From an uncultured Thiomicrospira sp. (GTDB lineage Bacteria; Pseudomonadota; Gammaproteobacteria; CAKMZV01): a stretch of 64,000 nt of DNA. The notes below the pieces were generated by a model. It was not told the DNA's origin. It made no database searches and worked only from the letters and a program-made list of their open reading frames with translations. The stretch spans positions 1-64,000 of the forward strand of contig OZ239628.1 of NCBI GenBank assembly GCA_965195345.1, read 5' to 3'. The translations under genes and the position numbers were made by a program. Below, piece by piece: positions 40,715-50,937 of this stretch. How positions within the stretch are numbered: the stretch's first letter is position 1; each line of letters opens with the position of its first letter.

Positions 40715-41572
40715 ATGCTTCGACTTACATTCTTTCTGTCAATGATGCTGCTGATTACAGCATGCAGTTCAACTAAGATAAAAAATGATTGCTCTTGTGC
40801 CACATATCAACCAAAGTCCCCACGCCCCAGCTGGATCGATAACGAGAACGTTAGTTCAAAGGCACTACTGAGCAGCGGAGGCAGTCAGTGCACAGGAATA
40901 CAAACTTTAGATTTTAAAGAATCTGACCAGAATGCGCGCCTTAATCTTGGATTATTGATTCGAGCGAATGTTCGTGGAGAGATCAATATCATAAAAAGAC
41001 AAGATTCTTCCGTTGGCGGACTTAGCCAAGCCTCTGTACAAAGCGCCGTTTCCTCAGAATCCTTACTTGAAAATGCTTTTGTCTATGATCGTTGGGTCGA
41101 TCCTATAAATTGCTCAATTCACAGTGCCATCAGGTTGAATAAAGAGGACTACCAGCGCACTAAAAATCGTTTGCAAGAGATAGAAGCACGCAAACCCAAA
41201 AATCAATTGATGTTACTGCGATTGAAAAATAATGTACCCTCTGAATTGTTGCTTGCAACACTGAGTAATCTTGGTGCGCAAAAACTAACTTTAGATCAAA
41301 CCATTTCCAGCCAAGTCTATACTATTGAGTGGGAAAGCCAACAACCGCAAGAGCACGTGGAAGGCAGCATACACGCCATTATTATCAAATCAATTTTGTT
41401 GGTGAAAAATCGTAAAGATCAAGTCGTACTTAGTCTGGTAAAAAACGGCAAATCATTTCACCGAGGTAACGTGAATGATCCATCATTTTTATACGAAAAG
41501 GCGCGTCGCCATGCACTTTTACAAATGCATGAACCATTGAAGAAATTCCTAACCACCCCTATAACACAATAG
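40715..41572 (+). CDS. LPP20-like lipoprotein
   Basis: Lipobox ITAC, RPSWID, a SDQNARLNLG helix and YDRWVDP. Confidence 0.6.
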   Translation: MLRLTFFLSMMLLITACSSTKIKNDCSCATYQPKSPRPSWIDNENVSSKALLSSGGSQCTGIQTLDFKESDQNARLNLGLLIRANVRGEINIIKRQDSSVGGLSQASVQSAVSSESLLENAFVYDRWVDPINCSIHSAIRLNKEDYQRTKNRLQEIEARKPKNQLMLLRLKNNVPSELLLATLSNLGAQKLTLDQTISSQVYTIEWESQQPQEHVEGSIHAIIIKSILLVKNRKDQVVLSLVKNGKSFHRGNVNDPSFLYEKARRHALLQMHEPLKKFLTTPITQ

Positions 41573-41724
41573 TCAAACAAGCATCTTTGCCAATTATTAG
41601 CTGTTTGGTCTGTGCAACAACGTCATTAGCATTTACATTCTCTAAAAAGATTTTGGGTAATGCAACTTTTCTTTTCCTAATATATTTTCAATGACTCCCT
41701 GTGTGTGTATCTCTATCATCTGCC

Positions 41725-43086
41725 TTATAGTATCCAAATCGTTGCTAATCCTAAAAAGGCGATAAACCCAACCACATCCGTCACCGTAAATAAAATAACC
41801 CCACCTGCAATTGCTGGATCAACTCCAAGTCTATTGAGGAATAGTGGAATAAAAACCCCTGATGCTGCCGCTACAATCAAGTTAACAACAACAGCTGAGC
41901 CTATTGTAATACTAAGTAGTATGTTATCAAACCAGAACCAAACAATGACACTAATAAGCAATGACCAAAGTAAACCGTTAAGAATCGCTATTAAAATTTC
42001 TTTGCGTAAGACCCAATGCGTTGACTTTCCTTGCAACTCACCAAGCGATAAACTTCTAATTACAAGAGCAAGTGTCTGCGACCCTGCTATACCACCCATA
42101 CTCACGACGATAGGCATCAGTACTGCTAATGCGGTTAGCTTTTCTATAGTCGGCTCAAAAACACCTATAATCCAAGCGGCAAGAAACGCAGTCAAAAGAT
42201 TCACGCCTAACCAAACGGCGCGCCTGCGTGTGCTTTGAATAATTGGGGCGAATGTATCTTCACGTACAGTCCCATGTAAACTCATCAATTGTCGCTGCCC
42301 TGCTTCACGAATATAGTCGACAATATCATCGACTGTTATGCGTCCAATCAATTTGTTTTTTTCATCAACTACAGCAATGGAAAGTAAATCCAACTTTATG
42401 AATACATCCGCTACTTCACTGACTGGTTTTTCAGCAGTTACTGTAGGGACTTCCTTTTTCATAACATCTTTAATGGCCACTTCCCCTTCATTGACGAGCA
42501 ATGATGATAACGTCACGTGTCCAAGAAAATGAGCCCCTCGATCGATTACAAATAATTTATCTGTTCCTGAAGGCAATACTTTAAGTTGACGCAAATAACG
42601 CCGCACAACTGAAACAGTAACGTCTGATCTAACAGTTATGACTTCCAAATCCATAACGCCACCAGCAACATCCTCTGGAAAGGATAGTACTGCTTGCAAC
42701 CTTTTTCTACGATCTTCATCTAACGCAAGCAGTATTTCGTCAACACGCCCTGGAATATCCTGCAAAACATCCGCAAAATCATCCGTATCCAGTCCTTTTG
42801 TTAGCTCAACAACTTCTTTAACCTCTAAAGGTTCAAGTAGTTGCGTTCGGATTTCATCATCCAATTCCTGTAATATTGCCCCACCAATTTCAGTCGGAAC
42901 CAGTGACCAAATAGCTTCGCGTTGATTCGGCGGCACTGCTTTTAACACATACGCCATATCCACTGGGTGCGCTTCAAGAATTAAAGCACTAAGAATGTTA
43001 TCTTGCCCACTTTCAAGCGCGCTTAAAAATCGATTAAGCAACGTTACTTGCAGCTGTGTTTGCGCGCTATACGTCATGCCGTTCAT
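41725..43086 (-). CDS. mgtE: Magnesium transporter MgtE
   Basis: HPVD, a CBS pair, GRITVDD, MPIVVSMGGIAG and DPAIAGG...TVTD motifs. Confidence 0.97.
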   Translation of the reverse strand: MNGMTYSAQTQLQVTLLNRFLSALESGQDNILSALILEAHPVDMAYVLKAVPPNQREAIWSLVPTEIGGAILQELDDEIRTQLLEPLEVKEVVELTKGLDTDDFADVLQDIPGRVDEILLALDEDRRKRLQAVLSFPEDVAGGVMDLEVITVRSDVTVSVVRRYLRQLKVLPSGTDKLFVIDRGAHFLGHVTLSSLLVNEGEVAIKDVMKKEVPTVTAEKPVSEVADVFIKLDLLSIAVVDEKNKLIGRITVDDIVDYIREAGQRQLMSLHGTVREDTFAPIIQSTRRRAVWLGVNLLTAFLAAWIIGVFEPTIEKLTALAVLMPIVVSMGGIAGSQTLALVIRSLSLGELQGKSTHWVLRKEILIAILNGLLWSLLISVIVWFWFDNILLSITIGSAVVVNLIVAAASGVFIPLFLNRLGVDPAIAGGVILFTVTDVVGFIAFLGLATIWIL

Positions 43087-43127
43087 TCAAATAGCCAAAA
43101 ATATTTTAAATCCACAGGGTTTGTAGA

Positions 43128-44558
43128 TTAAGTGCCTACCAAATATAAATGGGTAATAATACTTGCGCCATATCCTAAAGCAATAACTGGCGACCATTTT
43201 AAGTGACTACCAAAGGTATACATTCCCTTCGCTTGCCCCATTAGAGCAACACCAGCTGCTGACCCAATCGACAACATGCTGCCACCAACCCCTGCTGTTA
43301 ATGTCACTAAGAGCCATTGGTTTAAGGACATCTCTGGGTTCATTGATAAGACAGCAAACATCACTGGAATATTATCAACAATAGCAGATAAAAAGCCGAC
43401 TAAAATATTTGCCGTCGTGGGTCCCCAATCAAGATACATGGTTTCAGAAATCAATGTTAAGTATCCTATGAATCCAAGCCCACCTACAGACAAAATCACT
43501 CCGAAGAAAAACAACAATGTATCCCACTCAATAGTAGCCACTACTTTGAGAATATCAAAGCTCCCTTTAGTTTGATTGAATGACAAACCAGATATTTCTG
43601 CCTGAGTCATTTTATTTTCCTCACCCTGAAGATATCGCTCCTCGGTAATACGCAAATAGTACCCATACATACCTAAATAGCCAAAGCCTAACATCATGCC
43701 CAGCATGGGAGGTAAGTGCAAAATATTATGCGCAGAGACAGCTGTAGCAATAGTGCATAAGAAGAGCAGGACTACTACCCAACCGCCTCTCAACACTTCT
43801 ACCTTTTCATTATCAGCGGCAGGCTGCTCATCAGGGACTGCAAAATGCATAATCGCTGCTGGCACAAGAAAATTAACAACTGAGGGAACAAAAATTGCAA
43901 AAAACTCATGAAATTGAACGATTCCTTTCTGCCAAACCATCAATGTCGTTATATCACCGAAAGGACTGAATGCACCACCTGCATTTGCTGCGACAACTAC
44001 GTTAACACAGCCTATAGAGATGAATTTGCGATTTCCTTTGCCTACCGCCAAGAGCACCGCACACATTACCAAGGATGTCGTTAAATTGTCGGCTATGGGA
44101 GAGATAAAGAAAGCCAAAATGCCCGTGATCCAAAACAATTTTCGAAATCCAAGTTGTCGCGCAATTAACCATGAACGCAACCAATCAAAAATGCGCCGCT
44201 CCATCATAACGTTGATGTATGTCATTGCCACCAATAAAAAGAACGCAAGCTCAGTAAATTCAAGTAGATTATGTCGTACGGCATCATGAGGAAGGGCAGG
44301 CAAACCCTCCAACCGATATATCCACGCAATCATAGCCCAGATTATTATTGCTGAAATAATGACTGGTTTTGATTTGCGCATATGTGTTACTTCTTCAAGC
44401 ATCACCAATGCATACGCTAAAACGAACGTTGCTATAGCCAAATAACCCACTAAATGCGTGGTTAAATCCAAGTTTTGTCCGACCACACCTCCTGCAGCCA
44501 AAGCCACACCTGTAAAAGCAAAAATGAAAATCAAGGATAAGCTGATATATGCTCGCAT
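43128..44558 (-). CDS. nhaD: Na+/H+ antiporter NhaD
   Basis: RKSKPV, ADNLTT, ANAGGAFSPFGDITT, DNIP and GSAAGVALMG motifs. Confidence 0.95.
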   Translation of the reverse strand: MRAYISLSLIFIFAFTGVALAAGGVVGQNLDLTTHLVGYLAIATFVLAYALVMLEEVTHMRKSKPVIISAIIIWAMIAWIYRLEGLPALPHDAVRHNLLEFTELAFFLLVAMTYINVMMERRIFDWLRSWLIARQLGFRKLFWITGILAFFISPIADNLTTSLVMCAVLLAVGKGNRKFISIGCVNVVVAANAGGAFSPFGDITTLMVWQKGIVQFHEFFAIFVPSVVNFLVPAAIMHFAVPDEQPAADNEKVEVLRGGWVVVLLFLCTIATAVSAHNILHLPPMLGMMLGFGYLGMYGYYLRITEERYLQGEENKMTQAEISGLSFNQTKGSFDILKVVATIEWDTLLFFFGVILSVGGLGFIGYLTLISETMYLDWGPTTANILVGFLSAIVDNIPVMFAVLSMNPEMSLNQWLLVTLTAGVGGSMLSIGSAAGVALMGQAKGMYTFGSHLKWSPVIALGYGASIITHLYLVGT

Positions 44559-44979
44559 GTAAACCTCTATTTTAATGGTTAATATTTAATTTGCGAATGC
44601 CAGAACTCTCAAAAGAAATGGATGCTCCTATGAGACTGATTTGCAAAGTATTTGTAATATGTGCATTCTACCAAATTAACCACTACGCACGGGTGAATAC
44701 CTCAACTTCAGAAACTGAAACACCCCTTTATTAACCATTGTTATCTTGTCTCAGACAATTCAAAAAATATTTGCTTTTGATTTTCTAAATCTGTATTATC
44801 CGACCTTAAAAAAACCAAAAACGAAATAGGATGTCAAACGCTTTCAAAAAACAATCTTATTTTGTTAAGTAATCATGAAGTATTGTAGAAAAATGCCTTT
44901 CCTATAGCGAATGCAGGTGATGTGGGATTAATACATATTCTATCTAAATTAGCGAGCATCACTTCGGTAGAATAGACCA

Positions 44980-45894
44980 ATGCAAAGCATCGCTATTTCA
45001 AGCAATACAAAAGGTCTTTTACTTACACAATTGTCAGCGGTGGCGGCGGCGGCTTTTTTCCTATTGTTTCAAGATGCTTCGAGCGGCACAACCCCGCTCA
45101 TCTCTGTCTATGCACTGTTTGTATTTGCTTTTTTATTCAGCTTACCAACAAATGCCTACTACCTAAAGCGCCTTAAAAACGTTCAATGGCGAGGCATGCA
45201 CTTTATCTTACTTGCTTTAATTGCCCTATGTACCTTCGTTGGCAACGTCGGTATCGTCAAAACACTTGAATTTTTACCGCCAAGTGAAGCACACCTGATA
45301 CAGCGTTCTGAAACAATTTTCTCCATACTTATTGGCATTCTAATATTGCGTGAAGGTGGCGGATGGATATTGTTTTTTTCTTCGCTTCTTTTCAGCCTTG
45401 GGGTCTACAATTTATATTTGAGCACAACTAGTGGAGCCATGACTATCGACTCAATCTTTCCCTTTTTGACCGCATTATTGTCTGCACTTTCTTTTGCTGT
45501 AATGCAAACAGCATCTAAACTCCTAATGTCAACGATCAACGCCCATCTCATCAACATCATTCGCTTATCCGTAGCAATAATGTCTATGAGCATTCTTCAT
45601 CCGCTCGTTATCGAAGGATTTATATCTTTACCATACCACGCCTTGCAAAACTTTGCCATTGCGGCTTTTGTTGGTCCTTTTATGGCTCGTATTGCATACA
45701 TGTATGCAGGTTACCTCATAGGCATTTCTCGTACAGCACTGTTTACATCCACCTCTCCAGTTTATACTTTATTCCTACAAATAGCCATTCTTGGCTACGC
45801 CTTAAATACACAACAAATTATAGGCTCGATATTGCTTCTTCTTGCTGTATCTCTGCCCGCTGCCTATGCCTTTATACTCAAACGCTTTCCGTAA
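44980..45894 (+). CDS. DMT/EamA family transporter
   Basis: About 10 TM segments in two EamA-like repeats (ILILREG; TSPVYT). Confidence 0.8.
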   Translation: MQSIAISSNTKGLLLTQLSAVAAAAFFLLFQDASSGTTPLISVYALFVFAFLFSLPTNAYYLKRLKNVQWRGMHFILLALIALCTFVGNVGIVKTLEFLPPSEAHLIQRSETIFSILIGILILREGGGWILFFSSLLFSLGVYNLYLSTTSGAMTIDSIFPFLTALLSALSFAVMQTASKLLMSTINAHLINIIRLSVAIMSMSILHPLVIEGFISLPYHALQNFAIAAFVGPFMARIAYMYAGYLIGISRTALFTSTSPVYTLFLQIAILGYALNTQQIIGSILLLLAVSLPAAYAFILKRFP

Positions 45895-46021
45895 CCATCG
45901 ATATCGTATCTTCATCACAATTGTTCCTAAGAAAAATCAAATAACTCATAAGAAATGTCCCTGTGCTCGTGGGATAATATCCCGCTTACGCTCAACTTCA
46001 ACAATGCTTTCAAATGCCACA

Positions 46022-47308
46022 ATGATTTTTAAAAACCTATTAGCCATAGCCATAGCTATAGTCGCTTTCCATGCAAGCGCAAAGCCCGTTTTGATTGAAG
46101 GAATCCTTGCTTCAGTAAATGATGACATCATCCTATTAAGCGAATTTAGAAATCGCCAATTGCAAGCATTACGCAGCCTGAAACAGCAGAAAATTTCTCC
46201 TGAAAGCGTGCCAAACTTGAAAAGTCGATTGTTAGAATCCATGATAAATGAGCGCTTGGAGCTTGAAGTTGCAAGAAGTCAAAACATTCAAGTAACTGAT
46301 TTAGTCCTAAACCGAGAGATAAGTAAAATTGGTCAAAACAACAATATGACTGTAATTGAATTAAAATCCGCAATTGAACAGCAGGGAGAGGACTGGAAAA
46401 AATATATAGAAACATTGCGTCATCAAATTTTATTAGGCCAATTAAAAAACCAAGTGCTTGCAGGTAAGGTCAATGTTACTGACCAAGAAATAGAACAATT
46501 TCTTGGCAGAGAACGCTCTCGCAATGATCCCTTTGAATACGAAGTTTCTCAAATATTGATTGAAAATAACGACACGCAAAGAACGCAAGAACAATCCGTC
46601 CTAAAAGCGCAAGATATCTACGAAAAACTCTCAGAAGGCATGACATTTGCATCGGCATCGGCACAGTATTCCGATGCGTCAAACGCACTCGACGGCGGTG
46701 ACCTTGGTTGGTTGGATGCCTCAAACTTACCGTATAGTTTCCTACAAGCACTGCAACAATTGGAACCCAATGAATTCAGTTTACCTATTCAATCGGGCTT
46801 AGGATATCACATTCTCTTACTTAAAAAATCACGCCACAAAAAAACTGTCATCCTAAATCGTTATAAACTGCAACAAATATTCTTGTCCTCCTTGAACCAC
46901 AATGATGAGGACGCTTTCAATACACTGGATAAACTTTCTCAGCAGATCGAAAACAATCCTGAAAACTTCTCATCCCTTGCGGAAAGGTATTCCGAAGATG
47001 GAATCTCTGCTAGTAATGATGGTCTAACATCTTGGCTTATATCGAAGCGCTTTGACCCAGAGCTTGAGAAAAGCATTCAATCATTAAAAATTCAACAATT
47101 AAGCAAACCAATCCGCACTCAAAATGGCTGGTATCTCGTAAAAGTTCTTAACCGTGAAGAATTTGATGCGACAAAAGTTATCAGTAGAGAAAGGGTGCGC
47201 AATTTTTTAATAAACCAACAAGCAGAAGTTGAGTATGCAAACTTCCTAAGAAACTTACGTAATAGCGCTGCAGTCAATATTCAACAGGCCGCACTCAATC
47301 AATTATAG
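46022..47308 (+). CDS. surA: Periplasmic chaperone/PPIase SurA
   Basis: ILASVNDDIILLSE and two parvulin domains (GGDLGW); upstream of pdxA. Start set at MIFKN (signal peptide). Confidence 0.92.
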   Translation: MIFKNLLAIAIAIVAFHASAKPVLIEGILASVNDDIILLSEFRNRQLQALRSLKQQKISPESVPNLKSRLLESMINERLELEVARSQNIQVTDLVLNREISKIGQNNNMTVIELKSAIEQQGEDWKKYIETLRHQILLGQLKNQVLAGKVNVTDQEIEQFLGRERSRNDPFEYEVSQILIENNDTQRTQEQSVLKAQDIYEKLSEGMTFASASAQYSDASNALDGGDLGWLDASNLPYSFLQALQQLEPNEFSLPIQSGLGYHILLLKKSRHKKTVILNRYKLQQIFLSSLNHNDEDAFNTLDKLSQQIENNPENFSSLAERYSEDGISASNDGLTSWLISKRFDPELEKSIQSLKIQQLSKPIRTQNGWYLVKVLNREEFDATKVISRERVRNFLINQQAEVEYANFLRNLRNSAAVNIQQAALNQL

Positions 47309-48270
47309 TGATTTCAATAATCACCGCCGGAGAACCAGCCGGCATTGGTCCAGATATTATAGTCTCTCTTAACGTTCAGCTTGAAGACGCCCTAATCATT
47401 GCCGATGCCGACCTCTTAAAGGCGCGCGCCAAACAGCTAAATGTTAATTGCCCCATCAATCACTGGCAACGTGGGCCGTTGAAAAAAAACGTCTTAAACG
47501 TTTTGCACACTCCTTGTGCTGTCGTGCCTGTCCCTGGAATCTTAAATCCGTCAAATGGGCAATACGTTATTCAAACACTAAAAATTGCATACGATTTAGT
47601 ACTTACTGAGGGTTTTGGATCAATTGTTACTGCTCCAGTACATAAGGGACTTATTAATGATGCGGGTATTCCTTTTACTGGGCACACCGAATTTTTTCAA
47701 GACTTGTGCAAAGTTGATAAAGTTGTCATGATGCTAAGCTGTAAACAAATGCAAGTAGCGCTGCTCACTGCTCATGTACCTATTCGCAAAGTACCTGAAC
47801 TAATAACTCCCGAAAATTTGGAAAAAACCATTCGAATCGTTCATCAGGATTTACAACAAAAATTCGGCATTCAAACTCCAAGAATAGCTGTGCTTGGGTT
47901 GAATCCTCACGCTGGGGAAAGCGGTTATTTAGGTGGCGAAGAAATTCAAATCATTGAACCGTGTATTCGCAAACTGAGAGAGCAGGGCATTATGCTTTCT
48001 GACGTTCTTTCAGCGGATACGGCATTTCGCCCTGAAGTCGCTAAAAAACATGACGTTTACCTTGCTATGTATCATGATCAAGGCTTAATTCCTATCAAAC
48101 AAATTGGGTTTGGGTGCTCTACCAACATTACTCTTGGATTACCTATAATTCGCACATCGGTTGATCATGGTAGCGCATTATCAATTGCAGGAAGCGGCAA
48201 AGCCAATCCATCTTCCCTCCTCTATTCATTACATTGTGCGCGGCAGTTGATGAAAAACTTCAGTTGCTAA
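47308..48270 (+). CDS. pdxA: 4-hydroxythreonine-4-phosphate dehydrogenase
   Basis: GEPAGIGPD, GHTE, GLNPHAGE, MYHDQG and RTSVDHG motifs. Confidence 0.98.
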   Translation: MISIITAGEPAGIGPDIIVSLNVQLEDALIIADADLLKARAKQLNVNCPINHWQRGPLKKNVLNVLHTPCAVVPVPGILNPSNGQYVIQTLKIAYDLVLTEGFGSIVTAPVHKGLINDAGIPFTGHTEFFQDLCKVDKVVMMLSCKQMQVALLTAHVPIRKVPELITPENLEKTIRIVHQDLQQKFGIQTPRIAVLGLNPHAGESGYLGGEEIQIIEPCIRKLREQGIMLSDVLSADTAFRPEVAKKHDVYLAMYHDQGLIPIKQIGFGCSTNITLGLPIIRTSVDHGSALSIAGSGKANPSSLLYSLHCARQLMKNFSC

Positions 48271-48277
48271 AACAGCC

Positions 48278-49057
48278 ATGTCGCTCTCCTCTCCGAAAAA
48301 AAAATATTCGCAAAACTTTTTAACTGACTCCGCCGTAATTCATTCGATTAGCCAGTTCATTGCCCCTAAGTCCAATGATGCGTTTGTTGAAGTTGGTCCT
48401 GGCGAAGGTGCATTGACTGATCAAATTCTTCCTTACTGCGCACACTATACTGGCTTAGAAATTGATAGCCAATTGATACCTATTCTAAACAACCGTTTCA
48501 GCGCCTACGACCACTTTAACATGCTTCTTATAGATGCCCTAAAATATGAATACGGTGCACATGAGCCTCAGCCATACCGCTTAATTGGCAACCTTCCCTA
48601 TCACATTTCTTCACCGCTTATCATTCGCTTCATTCGCAATAGCCTACCTATGCAAGACATGCATTTAATGTTTCAAAAAGAAGTTGCCGAACGCATTTGT
48701 GCAACCAAAGGCAGAAGCCGCGGGCGACTGAGTCTCATGGTGCAATTTTATTGTGATGTTGAATATTTACTAACTATAGGCGCACAATCTTTTTCTCCTG
48801 CGCCCGATGTTGAGTCTGCATTTATACGCTTAACACCAAAAGAAAATTCACGCTTTGGCAAGGATTTTTTAGATGCGTATGAAAATATCGTAAAACTTGC
48901 TTTTTCTAAAAAGCGTAAAACGCTATACAACAACCTTAAATCAATCATTTCAACTGCAGAGCTTCAACAACTTGATATTGATCCACAAAGACGGGCAGAG
49001 ACCCTTAGCGTAGAAGAAATGACTAGTATTTGCCAACTTGTAGAAAATAACAAATGA
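48278..49057 (+). CDS. rsmA: 16S rRNA dimethyladenosine transferase
   Basis: QNFL, EVGPGEG, GNLPY and MFQKEVAER motifs. Confidence 0.97.
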   Translation: MSLSSPKKKYSQNFLTDSAVIHSISQFIAPKSNDAFVEVGPGEGALTDQILPYCAHYTGLEIDSQLIPILNNRFSAYDHFNMLLIDALKYEYGAHEPQPYRLIGNLPYHISSPLIIRFIRNSLPMQDMHLMFQKEVAERICATKGRSRGRLSLMVQFYCDVEYLLTIGAQSFSPAPDVESAFIRLTPKENSRFGKDFLDAYENIVKLAFSKKRKTLYNNLKSIISTAELQQLDIDPQRRAETLSVEEMTSICQLVENNK

Positions 49058-49890
49058 ATACTTGGGCGATTGGAGATGTACATGGATGTTACCATTCATT
49101 AATGGACTTACTTGATGCCATTCAGTTCTCTGATAGCGACGAATTATGGTTTACTGGAGATTTGGTTAATCGTGGGAAACACTCTAAAAAAGTACTGCAA
49201 TTTGCTCAAAAATTAGGCTCCCGTTGCAAAACAGTACTTGGCAATCATGATCTATATCTAATAGCTGTACATCATGGTCATAAACGTTATGAAAAAGGAG
49301 ATAATTTTTCGGATTTGTTAGAAGACGATGAAGGAGCTGCACTCATTAATTGGCTTGCAACCCAACCATTTTTGCAATACGACGAGCAACAAAAAATGTT
49401 AATGATACATGCTGGTTTACCTAATTGGCAGCTGTCTACCTTATTCAAAAGACATCAATGGTTACTACAGAAAATGACCAATGCAACATGGCTGGCCCCT
49501 TTCATGAAACATTCGATAATGGGTAATGAACCTAAAGATTGGAGTGATGACCACACAACAGATGACCGTGCACGGTATATGATTAATTATTTTACGCGCA
49601 TACGCTACTGTACACCTTCAGGACGAATACGGTTTGACTTCAAAGGCAGTCCAAAAGATACAACTACTGAGTACGTCCCGTGGTACGAAAAAATCAGCGA
49701 GGTGGATAATGATTGGACTGTTATTTTTGGACATTGGTCTACTCTTGAACAATCAATGATTACATCACCCAGAGCCGTTCACCTTGACACTGGCTGCGCT
49801 TGGAATGGCAGTCTAACCGCTTGGAACATGATTGACAAAAGGCGTGTCAAAATCCCTGCAAACCCATTGGATATAGATAGAGCTCTCTAA
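49054..49890 (+). CDS. apaH: Symmetrical diadenosine tetraphosphatase
   Basis: GDVHGC, GDLVNRG, GNHD, FGHW and DTGC motifs; follows rsmA. Confidence 0.96.
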   Translation: MNTWAIGDVHGCYHSLMDLLDAIQFSDSDELWFTGDLVNRGKHSKKVLQFAQKLGSRCKTVLGNHDLYLIAVHHGHKRYEKGDNFSDLLEDDEGAALINWLATQPFLQYDEQQKMLMIHAGLPNWQLSTLFKRHQWLLQKMTNATWLAPFMKHSIMGNEPKDWSDDHTTDDRARYMINYFTRIRYCTPSGRIRFDFKGSPKDTTTEYVPWYEKISEVDNDWTVIFGHWSTLEQSMITSPRAVHLDTGCAWNGSLTAWNMIDKRRVKIPANPLDIDRAL

Positions 49891-49905
49891 CCTTACTCAA
49901 CGCAA

Positions 49906-50865
49906 CTATTCTGATATTTTCCTTATGATCAGAAGAAATGAAAATTGCGTGGCGAAAATAAATGTTGCCATCAATAAGTGGAGCGGTTGAACCAACATTG
50001 GAAATCCCAAATGATTAAGCAGTGCGCCCGTCACTATACTAACAACGACGCCACATAGCCCTCCAAGAGCAATAATCGTCAATAAGTTTTTCATGCCGAA
50101 ATTCTGCACCAACTTCCAGACAAACCAAACATTAGTAAGCAAAACTACTATAGAAAAACTACGATGAACATAAAAAAACCACGGCAGTGCATCAATCCAA
50201 TTGGATCGCGTTAAATTTTGAGAATGGCTAACAAAATCTATAATTTCACGCACTTGAATACCAAGTAACACTTGAATTACCGTTAAACCTAAAACAATCC
50301 ACACCCATTTTTTTAGATTAAACTCGGTATTGTATTTTTTAAAACTTCTACTATCGATTTGCAAGACTATCAATAATGCCATTATGAATAATGCCATAAG
50401 CATATGTACAGTGATTACACCCGGCGACAACCCACTGGAAATAACACGTGCACCTAGCCATCCCTGCAGAGAAACTGCAACAAAAACCAGCCATGAAACA
50501 TAGAAAAGTCGAGGATGTGAGCGTTTTATTGGAATCGAGAAAAGAGCAGTAAGAACAATTAAAAACCCAACACTCACTCCGAACAATCGGTTTACGTACT
50601 CAATCCAAGTTTTAATTGGATTAAAACGGGTTTCTGCATAGCCTCTATCGGCATATATTTGTTGATAATTATCAGGAAGCTCACTTTCATCCAGTGGTGG
50701 AATCCACTGTCCAAAACAAGTGGGCCAATCGGGACAGCCTAATCCTGAACCCGTTGCACGTACGGATGATCCGACCCATATTAAAATAAAAACAGCAATT
50801 AATGCAATAAGCGCAATTATTCTAAACCGTTTAAGCGCCGCTGAATCGTATGTATCGTATTGCAT
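49906..50865 (-). CDS. ctaA: Heme A synthase (COX15/CtaA family)
   Basis: GSGLGCPDWPTC, EYVNR and conserved His residues (VHM, VHR, LHL); about 8 TM segments. Confidence 0.9.
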   Translation of the reverse strand: MQYDTYDSAALKRFRIIALIALIAVFILIWVGSSVRATGSGLGCPDWPTCFGQWIPPLDESELPDNYQQIYADRGYAETRFNPIKTWIEYVNRLFGVSVGFLIVLTALFSIPIKRSHPRLFYVSWLVFVAVSLQGWLGARVISSGLSPGVITVHMLMALFIMALLIVLQIDSRSFKKYNTEFNLKKWVWIVLGLTVIQVLLGIQVREIIDFVSHSQNLTRSNWIDALPWFFYVHRSFSIVVLLTNVWFVWKLVQNFGMKNLLTIIALGGLCGVVVSIVTGALLNHLGFPMLVQPLHLLMATFIFATQFSFLLIIRKISE

Positions 50866-50937
50866 GTTTTTCCGTACTCTTTACAAGACTACCTTAACAT
50901 AGCCAATAGTAAAAGCCTTCAAAAATGGACAAACAAA

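Noticed and set aside
44560-44760. Na+/Li+ riboswitch (nhaA-I/II, DUF1646) upstream of nhaD
   Set aside because: A GGGTG/CACCC hairpin exists but lies upstream of the likely -10 (TAGAAT) and lacks the conserved motif nucleotides; an Rfam scan would settle it.
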